A DNA stretch of 64,000 bases from Saccharofermentanales bacterium (GTDB lineage: Bacteria; Bacillota; Clostridia; Saccharofermentanales; DTU023). A program made the translations under genes and the position numbers. The first letter of the stretch is position 1, and every line of letters begins with the position of its first letter. The stretch spans positions 1,195,915-1,259,914 of the forward strand of contig JBMNJZ010000001.1 of NCBI GenBank assembly GCA_050951925.1, read 5' to 3'. The notes beneath the pieces are model-generated. The model made no database searches. It was not told where the DNA came from and saw only the letters and a program-made list of their open reading frames with translations. Shown here in pieces: positions 28,337-39,100 of the stretch.

Positions 28337-29637
28337 TGGATCATCTAACGACGCAGGAGCTCGAGTCTGAGCAACAGATCTATAGTGCTGAGATTATTTC
28401 TATCGGCACGGAATTACTATTAGGGCAGACAGTTAATACCAATGCCCGCGATTTAGCCTGTGAACTTTCCGAATTAGGTATTAGCAATTACTATCAAGCT
28501 GTAGTTGGCGACAATCCGGTACGGATGGAGGCAGTAATAAAACAGGGATTAGGACGCAGCGATCTTGTCATTACGACCGGCGGTTTGGGTCCTACCGAAG
28601 ATGACATTACAATGGAAGTGTGCGCTAAAATTGCCGGCACTGAACTGGTTTTCAATCCTGAAGCTGAGAAGTGGATTAGAGATCGCATTGTCAGCCATCA
28701 CTATGTATTAACCAGCAATAATTGGAAGCAGGCGATGCTGCCTAAGGCAGCAAAAATTCTCTTCAATGCAGTCGGCACTGCACCGGGTGCCTTATTTCAA
28801 TTTGACTATGCAGGGAAAAGTCGTTTTTTGGCAGTTTTACCAGGTCCTCCTCTGGAAATGAACACCATGTTTGAAAGGGAATTGAAACCTTGGTTACGCA
28901 CTAAGACCAGTCGGAGCCTGCAACATATATACATTCGCACTACCGGCTTGGGTGAAAGTCGTCTGACCTCAATGATTTCAGATATTATTCACGAACAGAG
29001 TACAGTATCAATCGCACCCTATGCCGAGGATGGAGAAGTGGTTTTACGACTCAGTGTGATGGCTTCATCCGATCAGACTAGTGAAGAACTGAAGGAAATC
29101 TTCCAGCCGGTGCTTAATCAAATTAGAAACAGGTTAGGGGAGTATATTTACTCAGTTGAGAATAAGACTCTGCCGCAAATTGTTGTGGAGCACCTTTCTG
29201 CTCAAAATGCCAAAGTCAGTTTTGCAGAATCATGCACTGCCGGGCTTTTGAGTGCTGAACTGGCTAGTGCTCCCGGAGCTTCTAATGTGTTTTCAGGTTC
29301 CATAATCGTCTATGCCAATGAACTCAAGAAATCTTTACTTGGCGTTTCCGCTGAAATCCTGCAGTCCGATGGCGCTGTCAGTGAGGAGTGTGCAATCGCC
29401 ATGGCTAAGGGGATACGCTCTTTATTGCAGACTGACTATGCGGTATCTGTGACCGGTATTGCCGGCCCTGAAGGAGGTACAGCCGTCAAACCCGTGGGGA
29501 CTGTCTGGATTGGTCTGTCTGAGTGTTCGGGCACATTCGCCCGTCATTTTATACTAAGAGGAGGCCGTAACCGAATTCGCAGAATCGCAGCACTGAATGC
29601 GCTTGATCTTCTACGCAGACAGATATCTGCAGAATAA
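28336..29637 (+). CDS. cinA: Competence/damage-inducible protein CinA (MoCF domain + NMN deamidase)
   Basis: IGTELLLG, TGGLGPTEDD, LPGPP.E, AESCTAG, TGIAGP. Confidence 0.92.
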   Translation: MDHLTTQELESEQQIYSAEIISIGTELLLGQTVNTNARDLACELSELGISNYYQAVVGDNPVRMEAVIKQGLGRSDLVITTGGLGPTEDDITMEVCAKIAGTELVFNPEAEKWIRDRIVSHHYVLTSNNWKQAMLPKAAKILFNAVGTAPGALFQFDYAGKSRFLAVLPGPPLEMNTMFERELKPWLRTKTSRSLQHIYIRTTGLGESRLTSMISDIIHEQSTVSIAPYAEDGEVVLRLSVMASSDQTSEELKEIFQPVLNQIRNRLGEYIYSVENKTLPQIVVEHLSAQNAKVSFAESCTAGLLSAELASAPGASNVFSGSIIVYANELKKSLLGVSAEILQSDGAVSEECAIAMAKGIRSLLQTDYAVSVTGIAGPEGGTAVKPVGTVWIGLSECSGTFARHFILRGGRNRIRRIAALNALDLLRRQISAE

Positions 29638-29649
29638 GGGACAAGAGTA

Positions 29650-31233
29650 ATGAGCAGAAGAAGCCTGTCAAAAGATCTGTCCTTAGTGACAATTGCGATG
29701 ATGGTAAGTCTGGCCGCAACGAAGGCTACCGGATTCATAAGAGAAATCCTAATTGTTCCTGTCCTGGGATACGGTATAAACTCAGATGCCTATAATATCG
29801 GGTTTCAAATTCCTGATCTTTTCTACCAGATGTTGGTCGGGGGAGCTATTGGTGCCGCGGTGACACCTTTATTAAGCTCCGCTATAGCCAAAAATCAGAC
29901 TAAGAGATTCTGGAAGAGTTTAAGTACATTTATTACCGTGATGACTTTGGTATTGGTTGGCGCCAATATTTTGGGTGAAATTTTCGCGCCCTATCTAATC
30001 AAGGCATACAATTTAAAACAGCCAGCCGAAGTTGTTGCCTTGGCTACCCGGGTCACAAGGGCTCTGTTTCCGCAAACAATTTTTTTGATGTTGAGCGGTT
30101 TACTGGTAGGTATTCTTTACGGGTATAGGATTTACCACAAGCATCTGTTTGTTACTTTGTTCTATAATCTTGTTTGCATTTTCTTTATTCTCTATTGGGG
30201 CGACAAAACCGCTAACGGGCCTGTTCGAGTAGCGTTTGGTGTTGTCATTGCCGCCTTCGTTCAATTTGTATATATGTGGTTTCGTTCGCGAAAAGAGATT
30301 CGCCTATTTCGACCAAACCTTGATGTCAAAGACCCAGGCTTTAAAGCTCTTGTCAGATTAGCAATCCCAACTTTAATGTCCGGGTCGGTAATGCAAATAA
30401 ATTCAATTATCCAGACTCATTTTGCTCATCAGTTTCAAGGAGCGGTTACTGCTCTGCGTCATGTCCAGGTAACCAGAAATCTGCCTTTGGGTATCATTGT
30501 GGTGTCAATGACCAATATACTCTTGCCTACATTGTCTTCGGAACATGCTCTGAAAAACTACAAGAATATGCGTCGTATTTATACAAATGGTCTCCGGCGT
30601 GTTCTCTTTATGGTTATTCCTTTTATACTGATTTTTGTCATATTTTCACAAGATACGATTCGCGTAATATTTCAGTGGCGAGGGGCGATACCGGAGAACC
30701 GCATCGCTATTGAGAGTGGTTTGTTGCAGATTCATGCTCTTTCTCTGATCCCGGCTACCTGTATACAAGTTTTGATAACCGCGTTTTATGCGCGGAAAGT
30801 AACTCGAATTTCGATATTGACCTCGGTAGTCTCTCTAACTTTAAATCCAGTCTTCTGTATATTTTTTGCCAATACTCTAGGGCTTGGTTTATACGGTATT
30901 CCTATCGCAAGCATGCTTAACGACATACTCAGATGGGCTATTTTATCTTTCTTATACAAAAGACATATTCCTCGGGCCAGACCTTATAGGATGTTGCCAT
31001 TTTATCTGCGCTGTCTGTTCATGTCGCTGATAACTGCTATTGTATTGATGGGAATCAACACATTGCCTCTGCACCCCGCCGGCAAAGTAATGCAAATTGC
31101 AGTGTATCTGGTTAAGATCGGAATTGCCTTGGTAACCTGGTATTTTGCCGGGATTGCTATTGGGCTTAGAGAAGCAAAGTTTATACAGAGAGAGCTGAGA
31201 AGGATTTTAGGCTTTTCACCGGCAATTGAGTAA
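29650..31233 (+). CDS. murJ: Lipid II flippase MurJ/MviN
   Basis: GFIREIL, SDAY...FQIPD, LPLGI, AFYA; multiple TMs. Confidence 0.85.
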   Translation: MSRRSLSKDLSLVTIAMMVSLAATKATGFIREILIVPVLGYGINSDAYNIGFQIPDLFYQMLVGGAIGAAVTPLLSSAIAKNQTKRFWKSLSTFITVMTLVLVGANILGEIFAPYLIKAYNLKQPAEVVALATRVTRALFPQTIFLMLSGLLVGILYGYRIYHKHLFVTLFYNLVCIFFILYWGDKTANGPVRVAFGVVIAAFVQFVYMWFRSRKEIRLFRPNLDVKDPGFKALVRLAIPTLMSGSVMQINSIIQTHFAHQFQGAVTALRHVQVTRNLPLGIIVVSMTNILLPTLSSEHALKNYKNMRRIYTNGLRRVLFMVIPFILIFVIFSQDTIRVIFQWRGAIPENRIAIESGLLQIHALSLIPATCIQVLITAFYARKVTRISILTSVVSLTLNPVFCIFFANTLGLGLYGIPIASMLNDILRWAILSFLYKRHIPRARPYRMLPFYLRCLFMSLITAIVLMGINTLPLHPAGKVMQIAVYLVKIGIALVTWYFAGIAIGLREAKFIQRELRRILGFSPAIE

Positions 31234-31326
31234 CCACGTTCATAGCAGCTCATTTTGGTTGATAACCGACTGCTATTTTAACTAATTTCTTGACTAAAAG
31301 AACTGCTGACAGCAGAATCTAAGTGG

Positions 31327-31373
31327 TTGACAGTTTATTTTTGATGGTTTATTATCAATGAGAACATACGTTC
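31327..31373 (+). promoter_or_regulatory. recA promoter with LexA (SOS) box
   Basis: TTGACA(31327)-17 nt-TATTAT, followed by GAAC-ATAC-GTTC at 31362-31373. Confidence 0.85.
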
Positions 31374-31416
31374 ACAATGACGAATTGAACGAATTGAATT
31401 GCGCAAAGGAGTAAAT

Positions 31417-32538
31417 ATGGCCAGAGCAAAAAAATCTTCCAAACATAGACAAAATATTGAACCGAAAGCTAATGAGGAAAGGAAAAAGGCTTTAACGGCA
31501 GCACTGAATGAAATTGAAAAGCAATATGGCAAAGGCGCCATTTTAAAGCTGGGTGATGAGGTTGACTATGAGATTTCTTCTATTCCTACCGGAGCGCTTT
31601 CGCTGGATATAGCATTAGGTATCGGCGGTCTCCCGCGCGGGCGTGTTGTAGAAATCTACGGGCCTGAATCTTCCGGCAAGACAACTGTTGCCTTACATTG
31701 TATTGCTGAGGCGCAAAAGCTGGGGGGGATTGCGGCCTTCATAGATGCGGAACACGCGCTGGATCCCGCCTATGCATCTAAATTGGGTGTAGATATTGAT
31801 AATCTGATTGTTTCCCAGCCGGATTATGGAGAGCAGGCTCTTGAGATAACTGAAGAATTGGCTCGAAGCGGTGCAGTAGATATCATTGTAGTTGATTCCG
31901 TGGCGGCTCTGGTTCCAAGAGCTGAAATAGATGGAGAGATGGGAGATGCAATGGTTGGCCTCCAGGCAAGATTGATGTCCCAGGCATTGCGCAAACTGGC
32001 GGGGGTTTTGAACAAGTCACAGACACTAGTTATTTTTATTAATCAATTACGTGAAAAAATCGGCGTTATGTTCGGCAGCCCGGAAACTACAACAGGTGGC
32101 AGAGCACTGAAATTTTATTCATCAGTCAGACTCGATGTCAGAAAAATTGAGACTTTGCGCAGTGGTACGGAGATTATTGGTTCGCGAACCCGTGTTAAAG
32201 TTGTAAAAAATAAGGTGGCTCCTCCATTTAAAGAGGCTGAATTTGATATTCTTTATGGCGAGGGCATCTCTCAGACTGGATGTCTGATTGATATGGGCGT
32301 AGAATTAAATATTATCAACAAGAGTGGCTCCTGGTTTTCATATCTGGGAGAGCAGATGGCTCAAGGGCGCGACAATGCCAGACAGTATCTGATTGATAAT
32401 CCTGAGATTGCTGAAGAAGTTGAGGAAAAAATTCGTGACCATTTTGAGACATCGGACGAAGAGTCGGAGGGGACGAATGCCGAAAAAACGGCAACACTGG
32501 CCTTAGATGATGTGGATGAGTTGCTGGGGCTTGATTAA
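31417..32538 (+). CDS. recA: Recombinase A
   Basis: [28 protein letters not shown] follows AAGGAG. Confidence 0.98.
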   Translation: MARAKKSSKHRQNIEPKANEERKKALTAALNEIEKQYGKGAILKLGDEVDYEISSIPTGALSLDIALGIGGLPRGRVVEIYGPESSGKTTVALHCIAEAQKLGGIAAFIDAEHALDPAYASKLGVDIDNLIVSQPDYGEQALEITEELARSGAVDIIVVDSVAALVPRAEIDGEMGDAMVGLQARLMSQALRKLAGVLNKSQTLVIFINQLREKIGVMFGSPETTTGGRALKFYSSVRLDVRKIETLRSGTEIIGSRTRVKVVKNKVAPPFKEAEFDILYGEGISQTGCLIDMGVELNIINKSGSWFSYLGEQMAQGRDNARQYLIDNPEIAEEVEEKIRDHFETSDEESEGTNAEKTATLALDDVDELLGLD

Positions 32539-32560
32539 TCTATAAATCTTTGTACTTGTT

Positions 32561-33016
32561 ATGCCGGAATTATCCTTTGATGATTTGCGCGAAAAAGCGG
32601 TCAGATTTATTGGCCTAAGGCAGAATAAATCCAGTGGCCAGGTCAGGCTGCGTCTGGAAAGGGAAAATGCTAATGGACAGCTGATTGAAGCTGTGATTGA
32701 TTATTTGCGAGATATTGATTATATTGATGACTTTAGAGCCGGTCGGGCAATGATGAGGAACTATCAAGGTCGCCGCTTACGTTCTCGGCTCGCTGTCCAG
32801 TACGAACTTAAGCAAAAAGGTGTTCCCGGAAAGATTGCTGCTGAACTCGCAGAGGAATTGCCCACGGATTATGATTCAGCCTGTGAACTAGTACAAGTGT
32901 GTTTTCCTAATCCTAGTGTGATTGATCGTCAACAGATAAATAATTTGCTTCGGAGCAGAGGTTACGACTATTCCTTAGCCAGAGAGATCATTGACAAATA
33001 CTTTGCTGAAAAATAG
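32561..33016 (+). CDS. recX: Regulatory protein RecX
   Basis: Directly after recA; YIDD, ELKQKGV, LRSRGY. Confidence 0.75.
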   Translation: MPELSFDDLREKAVRFIGLRQNKSSGQVRLRLERENANGQLIEAVIDYLRDIDYIDDFRAGRAMMRNYQGRRLRSRLAVQYELKQKGVPGKIAAELAEELPTDYDSACELVQVCFPNPSVIDRQQINNLLRSRGYDYSLAREIIDKYFAEK

Positions 33017-33025
33017 TATGACATA

Positions 33026-34375
33026 ATGAAATTCTATTTGCTGACTTTAGGTTGTCCCAAGAACCAAGTTGATGCTGAATTCATGAGTGCACGACTCATC
33101 GGGGCTGGCTATACTTCCAGTTCCGCTCCTCAGGATGCCGACATTCTGATTATTAATACTTGTTCCTTTATTGAGTCTGCCAGAGCTGAAGCTGTTGATG
33201 CCATCTTGGATTTATTGCCGTATAAAAAGCCATACGGCAAGGCTGAGTATCTGATATTGACCGGCTGTTTACCACAGATGATCGGAGATGAGATCTTTGT
33301 GGCCTTGCCTGAAGTAGATGCCGTACTTGGTACTGCAGAATATGGCCGGATTGTTGAAACAATTCGTGCCCTAATAGCAGGGGAATGGCCTGCTAGCAGG
33401 TCTCCCCAAGGCGTTGGGGGCATTTCACATTTGTGCGGAGCGCGTGTGCCCACCAGTCAACAATATGCTTGGCTGAAGATATCCGAGGGATGCTCTAACC
33501 ACTGTACCTACTGCACTATTCCAGCTATTAGAGGCCCTCAGATTTCTCGCCCTATTGATGATATCTGCTGTGAAGCCTTATCATTAGCTGCCCACGGGGT
33601 GCAGGAAATTATTCTGATTGCTCAGGACACGACTCGTTACGGCACTGACATCTATGGAAAACCTGTATTGGATTTATTGCTGCAAGAGCTTGACAAGAAG
33701 TTACCGTCGGATATCTGGATTAGAATGATGTATTTTTATGCTGATTCCATTACTGACAGTCTTATAGAAACTATGGCCCAATCAGATAGAATTTTAAAAT
33801 ACATTGACCTCCCTATTCAGCATGCGTCAGATGTTATTTTAAAGCGGATGGGTCGTCCTGAGACTTCAGAGCTGATAAAGGAAAAAATCTCCATGCTTCG
33901 AAGTAAATTGCCGGGATTGATATTGCGTACGACAGTTATGGTTGGCTTTCCCGGAGAGACTGAAGAGGATCTCGATGATTTAATTAACTTGATGGAAGAG
34001 ATAAGATTTGATCGGCTGGGCTGTTTTATTTTTTCACCGGAAGCGGGTACACCCGCTTCCAGATTATCGCCCAGAATCAGCGCTGCTACCGCTCAAAAAA
34101 GATATGATAAAGTAATGTTGGCGCAAAGAAGAATAGAGCTGGCTAAAAGTCGAGAACGGATTGGAACGATTGCTGATGTCATCTTTAGTGATTATCATGA
34201 AGGTGATATACTTTATCAAGGTCGTAGTTACGGAGAAGCACCTGATGTTGACCCAGTGATCTGGGTAGCGTCCACTGTACCTGACCTTGATCTGAATAAA
34301 CGCCATCCTGTACGAATTGTTGAGGCGGATCATTATCTGTTAGTGGGGGTTACTGAGTATGAACATTGCGAATAA
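33026..34375 (+). CDS. rimO: Ribosomal protein S12 methylthiotransferase
   Basis: LGCPKNQVD, NTCSFI, EGCSNHCTYC, AQDTTRYG, APDVD. Confidence 0.93.
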   Translation: MKFYLLTLGCPKNQVDAEFMSARLIGAGYTSSSAPQDADILIINTCSFIESARAEAVDAILDLLPYKKPYGKAEYLILTGCLPQMIGDEIFVALPEVDAVLGTAEYGRIVETIRALIAGEWPASRSPQGVGGISHLCGARVPTSQQYAWLKISEGCSNHCTYCTIPAIRGPQISRPIDDICCEALSLAAHGVQEIILIAQDTTRYGTDIYGKPVLDLLLQELDKKLPSDIWIRMMYFYADSITDSLIETMAQSDRILKYIDLPIQHASDVILKRMGRPETSELIKEKISMLRSKLPGLILRTTVMVGFPGETEEDLDDLINLMEEIRFDRLGCFIFSPEAGTPASRLSPRISAATAQKRYDKVMLAQRRIELAKSRERIGTIADVIFSDYHEGDILYQGRSYGEAPDVDPVIWVASTVPDLDLNKRHPVRIVEADHYLLVGVTEYEHCE

Positions 34376-34958
34376 GTTAACAATCAGCAGGATTCTTCTG
34401 GTACCTTTTATCATGCTGTTTATGCTGCCTATGCCTTTTGCCGGAGCTACTAAATGGAACAATTTTGTGACCGGCTTAGGCGGCTGCTTAATTGCTCTGA
34501 TTTTATTTTTAATAGCTTCAATCACAGATTTTTTGGATGGACACTATGCTAGAAAGTTGGGGCTTGTCTCAAATTTTGGCAAATTCTTAGATCCGATTGC
34601 GGATAAGCTACTTGTAATTGCGACCTTTTCCTGCCTGGTGGCTCTGGATCGGGCTGGGGTAGTAGCTTTGGTTATAATTATTGCCCGTGAATTTTTGGTA
34701 ACAGGTATGCGTCTGATGGCTGCTCAGCAAGGTGTGGTGATTGCGGCCAGTATGTTTGGTAAAGCTAAAATGGTTACTCAGTTAGTCGCTATTATTTATC
34801 TGATGGCATTGCCGATTATCTATCAGATTACTGATACAATTTATCCCAATAAGCTCTTGGAAGCCTTTGACAAAATTCTGGTATGGATTGCGGTCATTAT
34901 GACTGTCTTATCCGGAACAGATTATCTCTGGAAAAACCGTAAATTTTTTGCTGATTAA
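34359..34958 (+). CDS. pgsA: CDP-diacylglycerol--glycerol-3-phosphate phosphatidyltransferase
   Basis: NKLTISR, DFLDGHYAR, GKFLDPIADK. Confidence 0.93.
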   Translation: MNIANKLTISRILLVPFIMLFMLPMPFAGATKWNNFVTGLGGCLIALILFLIASITDFLDGHYARKLGLVSNFGKFLDPIADKLLVIATFSCLVALDRAGVVALVIIIAREFLVTGMRLMAAQQGVVIAASMFGKAKMVTQLVAIIYLMALPIIYQITDTIYPNKLLEAFDKILVWIAVIMTVLSGTDYLWKNRKFFAD

Positions 34959-35089
34959 CAATGCACCCACTATTAGTATCTCCGGCACTATACTTGACAT
35001 TTTGCTGATCAACAACTAAAAGTATTATATTAATGCAGAAAACCGCTGCTATTATGATATAGAGAATAGTTTCTGAGGAGGAACCTATA

Positions 35090-35329
35090 ATGACTACGGA
35101 ACAAATATTTGAACGCGTGCGCGATATGCTGGCTGAACAATTGCGGATCAGTCCGGAAACCATTAAAATGGATGCTAACTTCATTGATGATATGAATGCC
35201 GACTCTTTGGACATTGTCGAAATGGTAATGACTATGGAGCAGGAATTTGACCTGTCAATACCTGATGAGGAGGCAGAGCGTATTAAAACTGTGGGTGATG
35301 CTGTTGCATTCATTCAGGCCAATATTTAA
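35090..35329 (+). CDS. acpP: Acyl carrier protein
   Basis: [22 protein letters not shown]. Confidence 0.95.
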   Translation: MTTEQIFERVRDMLAEQLRISPETIKMDANFIDDMNADSLDIVEMVMTMEQEFDLSIPDEEAERIKTVGDAVAFIQANI

Positions 35330-35347
35330 GCGTATTATTGCTTAAGC

Positions 35348-35380
35348 AGAGCCCCTTACACTTTAAGGGGCTCTTTTTTT
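35348..35380 (+). terminator. Intrinsic terminator between acpP and rnc
   Basis: AGAGCCCCTTA-cactt-TAAGGGGCTCT followed by a T run. Confidence 0.8.
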
Positions 35381-35396
35381 AAAGAGGAGGTGAGCT

Positions 35397-36161
35397 ATGG
35401 GGAAAAAAGATTTCCGAGAATTAATGAGTATATTGTCTTATGATTTCATAAATCCTAAATTACTGGAAACAGCTCTCACTCACTCAACATATGCCTATGA
35501 GAACCGTGGTATTGAAAACAATGAGCGACTTGAATTCCTTGGCGATGCTATTTTACAACTTGTTATCAGTGAACGTCTTTTTTTCATGTCCAGCAAACCC
35601 CAGGAGGGGGAAATGACTAAGGCGCGGTCACTGGTTGTCTGTGAGCGAACTTTAGCCAGAGCTGCCTCTGATATCTCTCTTTCGAAGTATTTGCAGCTGG
35701 GCAAGGGTGAATTGATGACCGGCGGCTCGACAAAACCTTCAAATCTAGCCAATACACTGGAAGCAGTTTTTGGAGCTGTCTACCTAGATGGCGGTCTGTC
35801 AAGCGCCAGAAAAGTTATTGTTGCTCTCTTAGCTCCCTATCTGGAGCTGGCTATGAGCGGAGAGATTCAGTATGATTTTAAGAGCCGGCTTTTAGAACTT
35901 GTACAGACCGCCAAAGGTCAGAGTACACTTAATTTTGTTATCATCGCTGAGGAGGGGCCTGTTCATGACAGGACTTTTACGGCCGCTGTTGTTGTTGATG
36001 ATATAGAAGTTGCATCAGGATGTGGCAGCAGCAAAAAAGAGGCCGAGCAGAACGCGGCACGCAAAGCATTAACCATGATAGTCTGCGATGATTCCGGTTG
36101 TGGTTTGCTCTCGGATCTGACTGAGGGTATTCAAGACGGGGTGGACGATTCATGCATTTGA
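35397..36161 (+). CDS. rnc: Ribonuclease III
   Basis: NERLEFLGDA, dsRBD (GPVHDRTF, SKKEAEQNAA). Confidence 0.96.
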   Translation: MGKKDFRELMSILSYDFINPKLLETALTHSTYAYENRGIENNERLEFLGDAILQLVISERLFFMSSKPQEGEMTKARSLVVCERTLARAASDISLSKYLQLGKGELMTGGSTKPSNLANTLEAVFGAVYLDGGLSSARKVIVALLAPYLELAMSGEIQYDFKSRLLELVQTAKGQSTLNFVIIAEEGPVHDRTFTAAVVVDDIEVASGCGSSKKEAEQNAARKALTMIVCDDSGCGLLSDLTEGIQDGVDDSCI

Positions 36162-39100
36162 CTTCCCTGGAGATGCAGGGGTTTAAATCTTTTCCCGAGC
36201 ATACAGTGATTGAATTCCATAAAGGCATCACTGCGATTGTCGGACCCAATGGATCCGGTAAATCTAATGTAACTGATGCTATCAGATGGGTTTTGGGGGA
36301 GCAGAGCGTTCGCTCTTTGCGTGGCGACAAGATGGAGGATGTTGTTTTTAATGGCACGGAAAACCGTCGAGCCATGGGCTTTGCGGAGGTTGCAATTAAT
36401 TTTGATAATAGCGACCGGGTTCTGCCGCTTGAATATAAGCATCTGCGAATTGTGCGCAGGTATTATCGCTCCGGCGAAAGTGAATATTTAATTAATCAGA
36501 CACCTTGCCGGCTGAAAGATATTACAGCGCTGTTTATGGATACGGGCATCGGGAGAGATGGTTATTCTCTAATCAGCCAGGGAAAAGTTGATGAAGTGCT
36601 AAGCTCCAGGTCTGAGGACAGGAGACGGATATTTGATGAAGCATCCGGTATCGTAAAGTATAAGATGCGCAAAATCGAAGCAGAGCGAAAACTGGAACGC
36701 ACTGATAATAATTTGATCCGAATCAATGACATCTTGCATGAATTGTCAGATAGATTGCCGTATCTGCAAAATCAAGCAGAGAAAGCTCGAGTTTTTCTAG
36801 ACCTATCAACCAGCGCCAAAAAGCTGGACATCGCCTTGATTTTGTATCAATTAAGCGTCAGAGAAAAAGAAGCGAACAGACAGTCCGAAGCCAGAGACCG
36901 CCTGTCGGAAGATCTCGCAGCTACTGAGGCAGATATTGCCCAGGTTAGACAAGAATATGAAACAATCGGTCAAAGCATTCGGGACCTTGAGCAATATGCT
37001 GACAATTTGCGCCAAAAATATGCGCAAGCACTTGATGAATTATCTCTAAAGACTAATAGTATAGGTTTGCTCAATGAGCAAAATAAGCATCTGGCTCGCG
37101 AGAAAGCGGAGGCTCTTTCTGAATTGGAAAGGCTGTCCCAACAGCAGGAATTGCTTATTGCTGAACAGGAGACGAGAGAACACAAGCAGAAAGTTTTAGA
37201 GCAGCAAAAGGAAGTGTTCGGGAAACAACTAGCTGTGGTCGAGGGGAAATATCAAGCTCTGCTGGCGCAAATGGAAGAGCAGGCTCAGGCGCAGGATCAC
37301 CGCAGGCAAATGTTATCTTCCACTAGGGAAAGGATATTTGCTATTGAAACTGCTCAGATTAGATTTCAGAGTGAAATTGAGCTGCTGGATAGGCAGCGGA
37401 GCAGTTTGCAACAACAGATAGTTGCATTTGAATCCGAGCAAGTTGATTTGCATAGAGCAAAAGCAGAGGCCCAAACAGTACTTAATGCTTTAGAACAAGA
37501 GGTTTCACTCTTATCCGCACATCGCAGTGAAACGGAACAGTTTCTTAGTCAGAAAAACCTGGAAATTGATAGCTTGGCAGCAGAACATGACAGTATTCTT
37601 CAGCAAATTAGAGACTATCAATATCAGCAAGCTACACTGACCAAGCTAGAGGAGAATTTGGAGGGTTATCAAGCTCCTGTCAGAAGTATTATGCAGAAGG
37701 TCCTTACAGACCCGGAGTTTGCACCGGATATGATAGGTCCCATAGGGTCACTGATCGATATGTCTCCAGAATTTGAAACAGCCGTTGAGGTGGCACTTGC
37801 CGCCGGTGCGAATTATCTTGTCACAACTACCGTGGAAAGCGCCCAAGTTTTGATTAAATGGTTGCGAGAGACTGATAACGGACGCGCTACTTTCTTACCG
37901 CTCGAAACTATTGTGCCAGGAATACTCGATTCAGATCTGATTGCCCGCGTGCAAAAATGTCCCGGGTATTTGGGCTTTGCCTCAGAGCTGGTAAGTTTCC
38001 CGGAGACTATTAGAAAAGCTGTGCAATACCAGCTTGGCCAGGTATTGATTTGCGATACTTTAGATCATGCCCGGGCAATGGCCAACAATATCCATTACGG
38101 TTGTAAAATTGTGACACTCGATGGAGATGTTATTCATCCCGGTGGCTCAATGAGCGGTGGCTCTATCAGATGTTCTGCCTCAGGTGTTGTCGGCCGTAGC
38201 GGCAGAATAGCGGAGCTTGGCCGCAAAATTAATCACTTGTACGAGATTGAGCCAGAATTGAGTCAAAAACTTGACGAGGCGCGCGCTGAGCTGCTGGAGA
38301 CTACTTCCAGAAATGATGAAGAGATTATCAAAATTCAGCAGATTTCTGAAAAGTTGAACAATCAACGTCTAAAACTGGAAAGTTTCTCGGAAGCTGAAGA
38401 TAAACTCAAATATGAATTAGAGCACTTGGAAACTGCTTTAGCGGAGTTATTTGCGGAACAGACTAAGTTGCAAGAGCAGAGCATAACTTCACAAGAAGAG
38501 TTGGATGCGGAGCGAAAAGCAACAATTACACTAACAGAGATAATTGAGCAGGAAAGCGCGAAAAGAGAAGCTGACAGGGCAGAACGCGACAGATTGCGTG
38601 AGCAGCAAACTGATTTAAAGATAGCTCTGGGATCAATTGAGCAGACTCTGGCGGGTATTATTGATTTCATTAAACATCTTAATGAGCAGGCGGTATCTGA
38701 TGAATTGAGACGCTCTCAACTGAAGCAACTCATAGCTAGTGCGGAAGAGAAACATTCTGATAATATATCAGACCTTGAAAAATTAGCTGTTGAAGCCGAG
38801 CAGGTACGAGACGGTATTGCAAACTCGTTAGCTGACATTGATGAGCAAAACAGAGAAAAGGCTCTTTTAGAGGATCAGAGACTAAGACTGTTCCGGAACA
38901 TTGAGACTCAAAGTGATAGTCTCTCCTCAATCAAAGGTGAGATGGTTAGACTTGAAGAGACAATTATAAGGATTGAACAAAATAACGATATTTTGCGTAA
39001 TCGCTTGTGGGAGGAATATGAGCTGACCGAGACTACTGCACAACAGTGGAAACAAGATATTATCAGTTACAACAAATCTCTCAAGGAATTTAACAATCTT

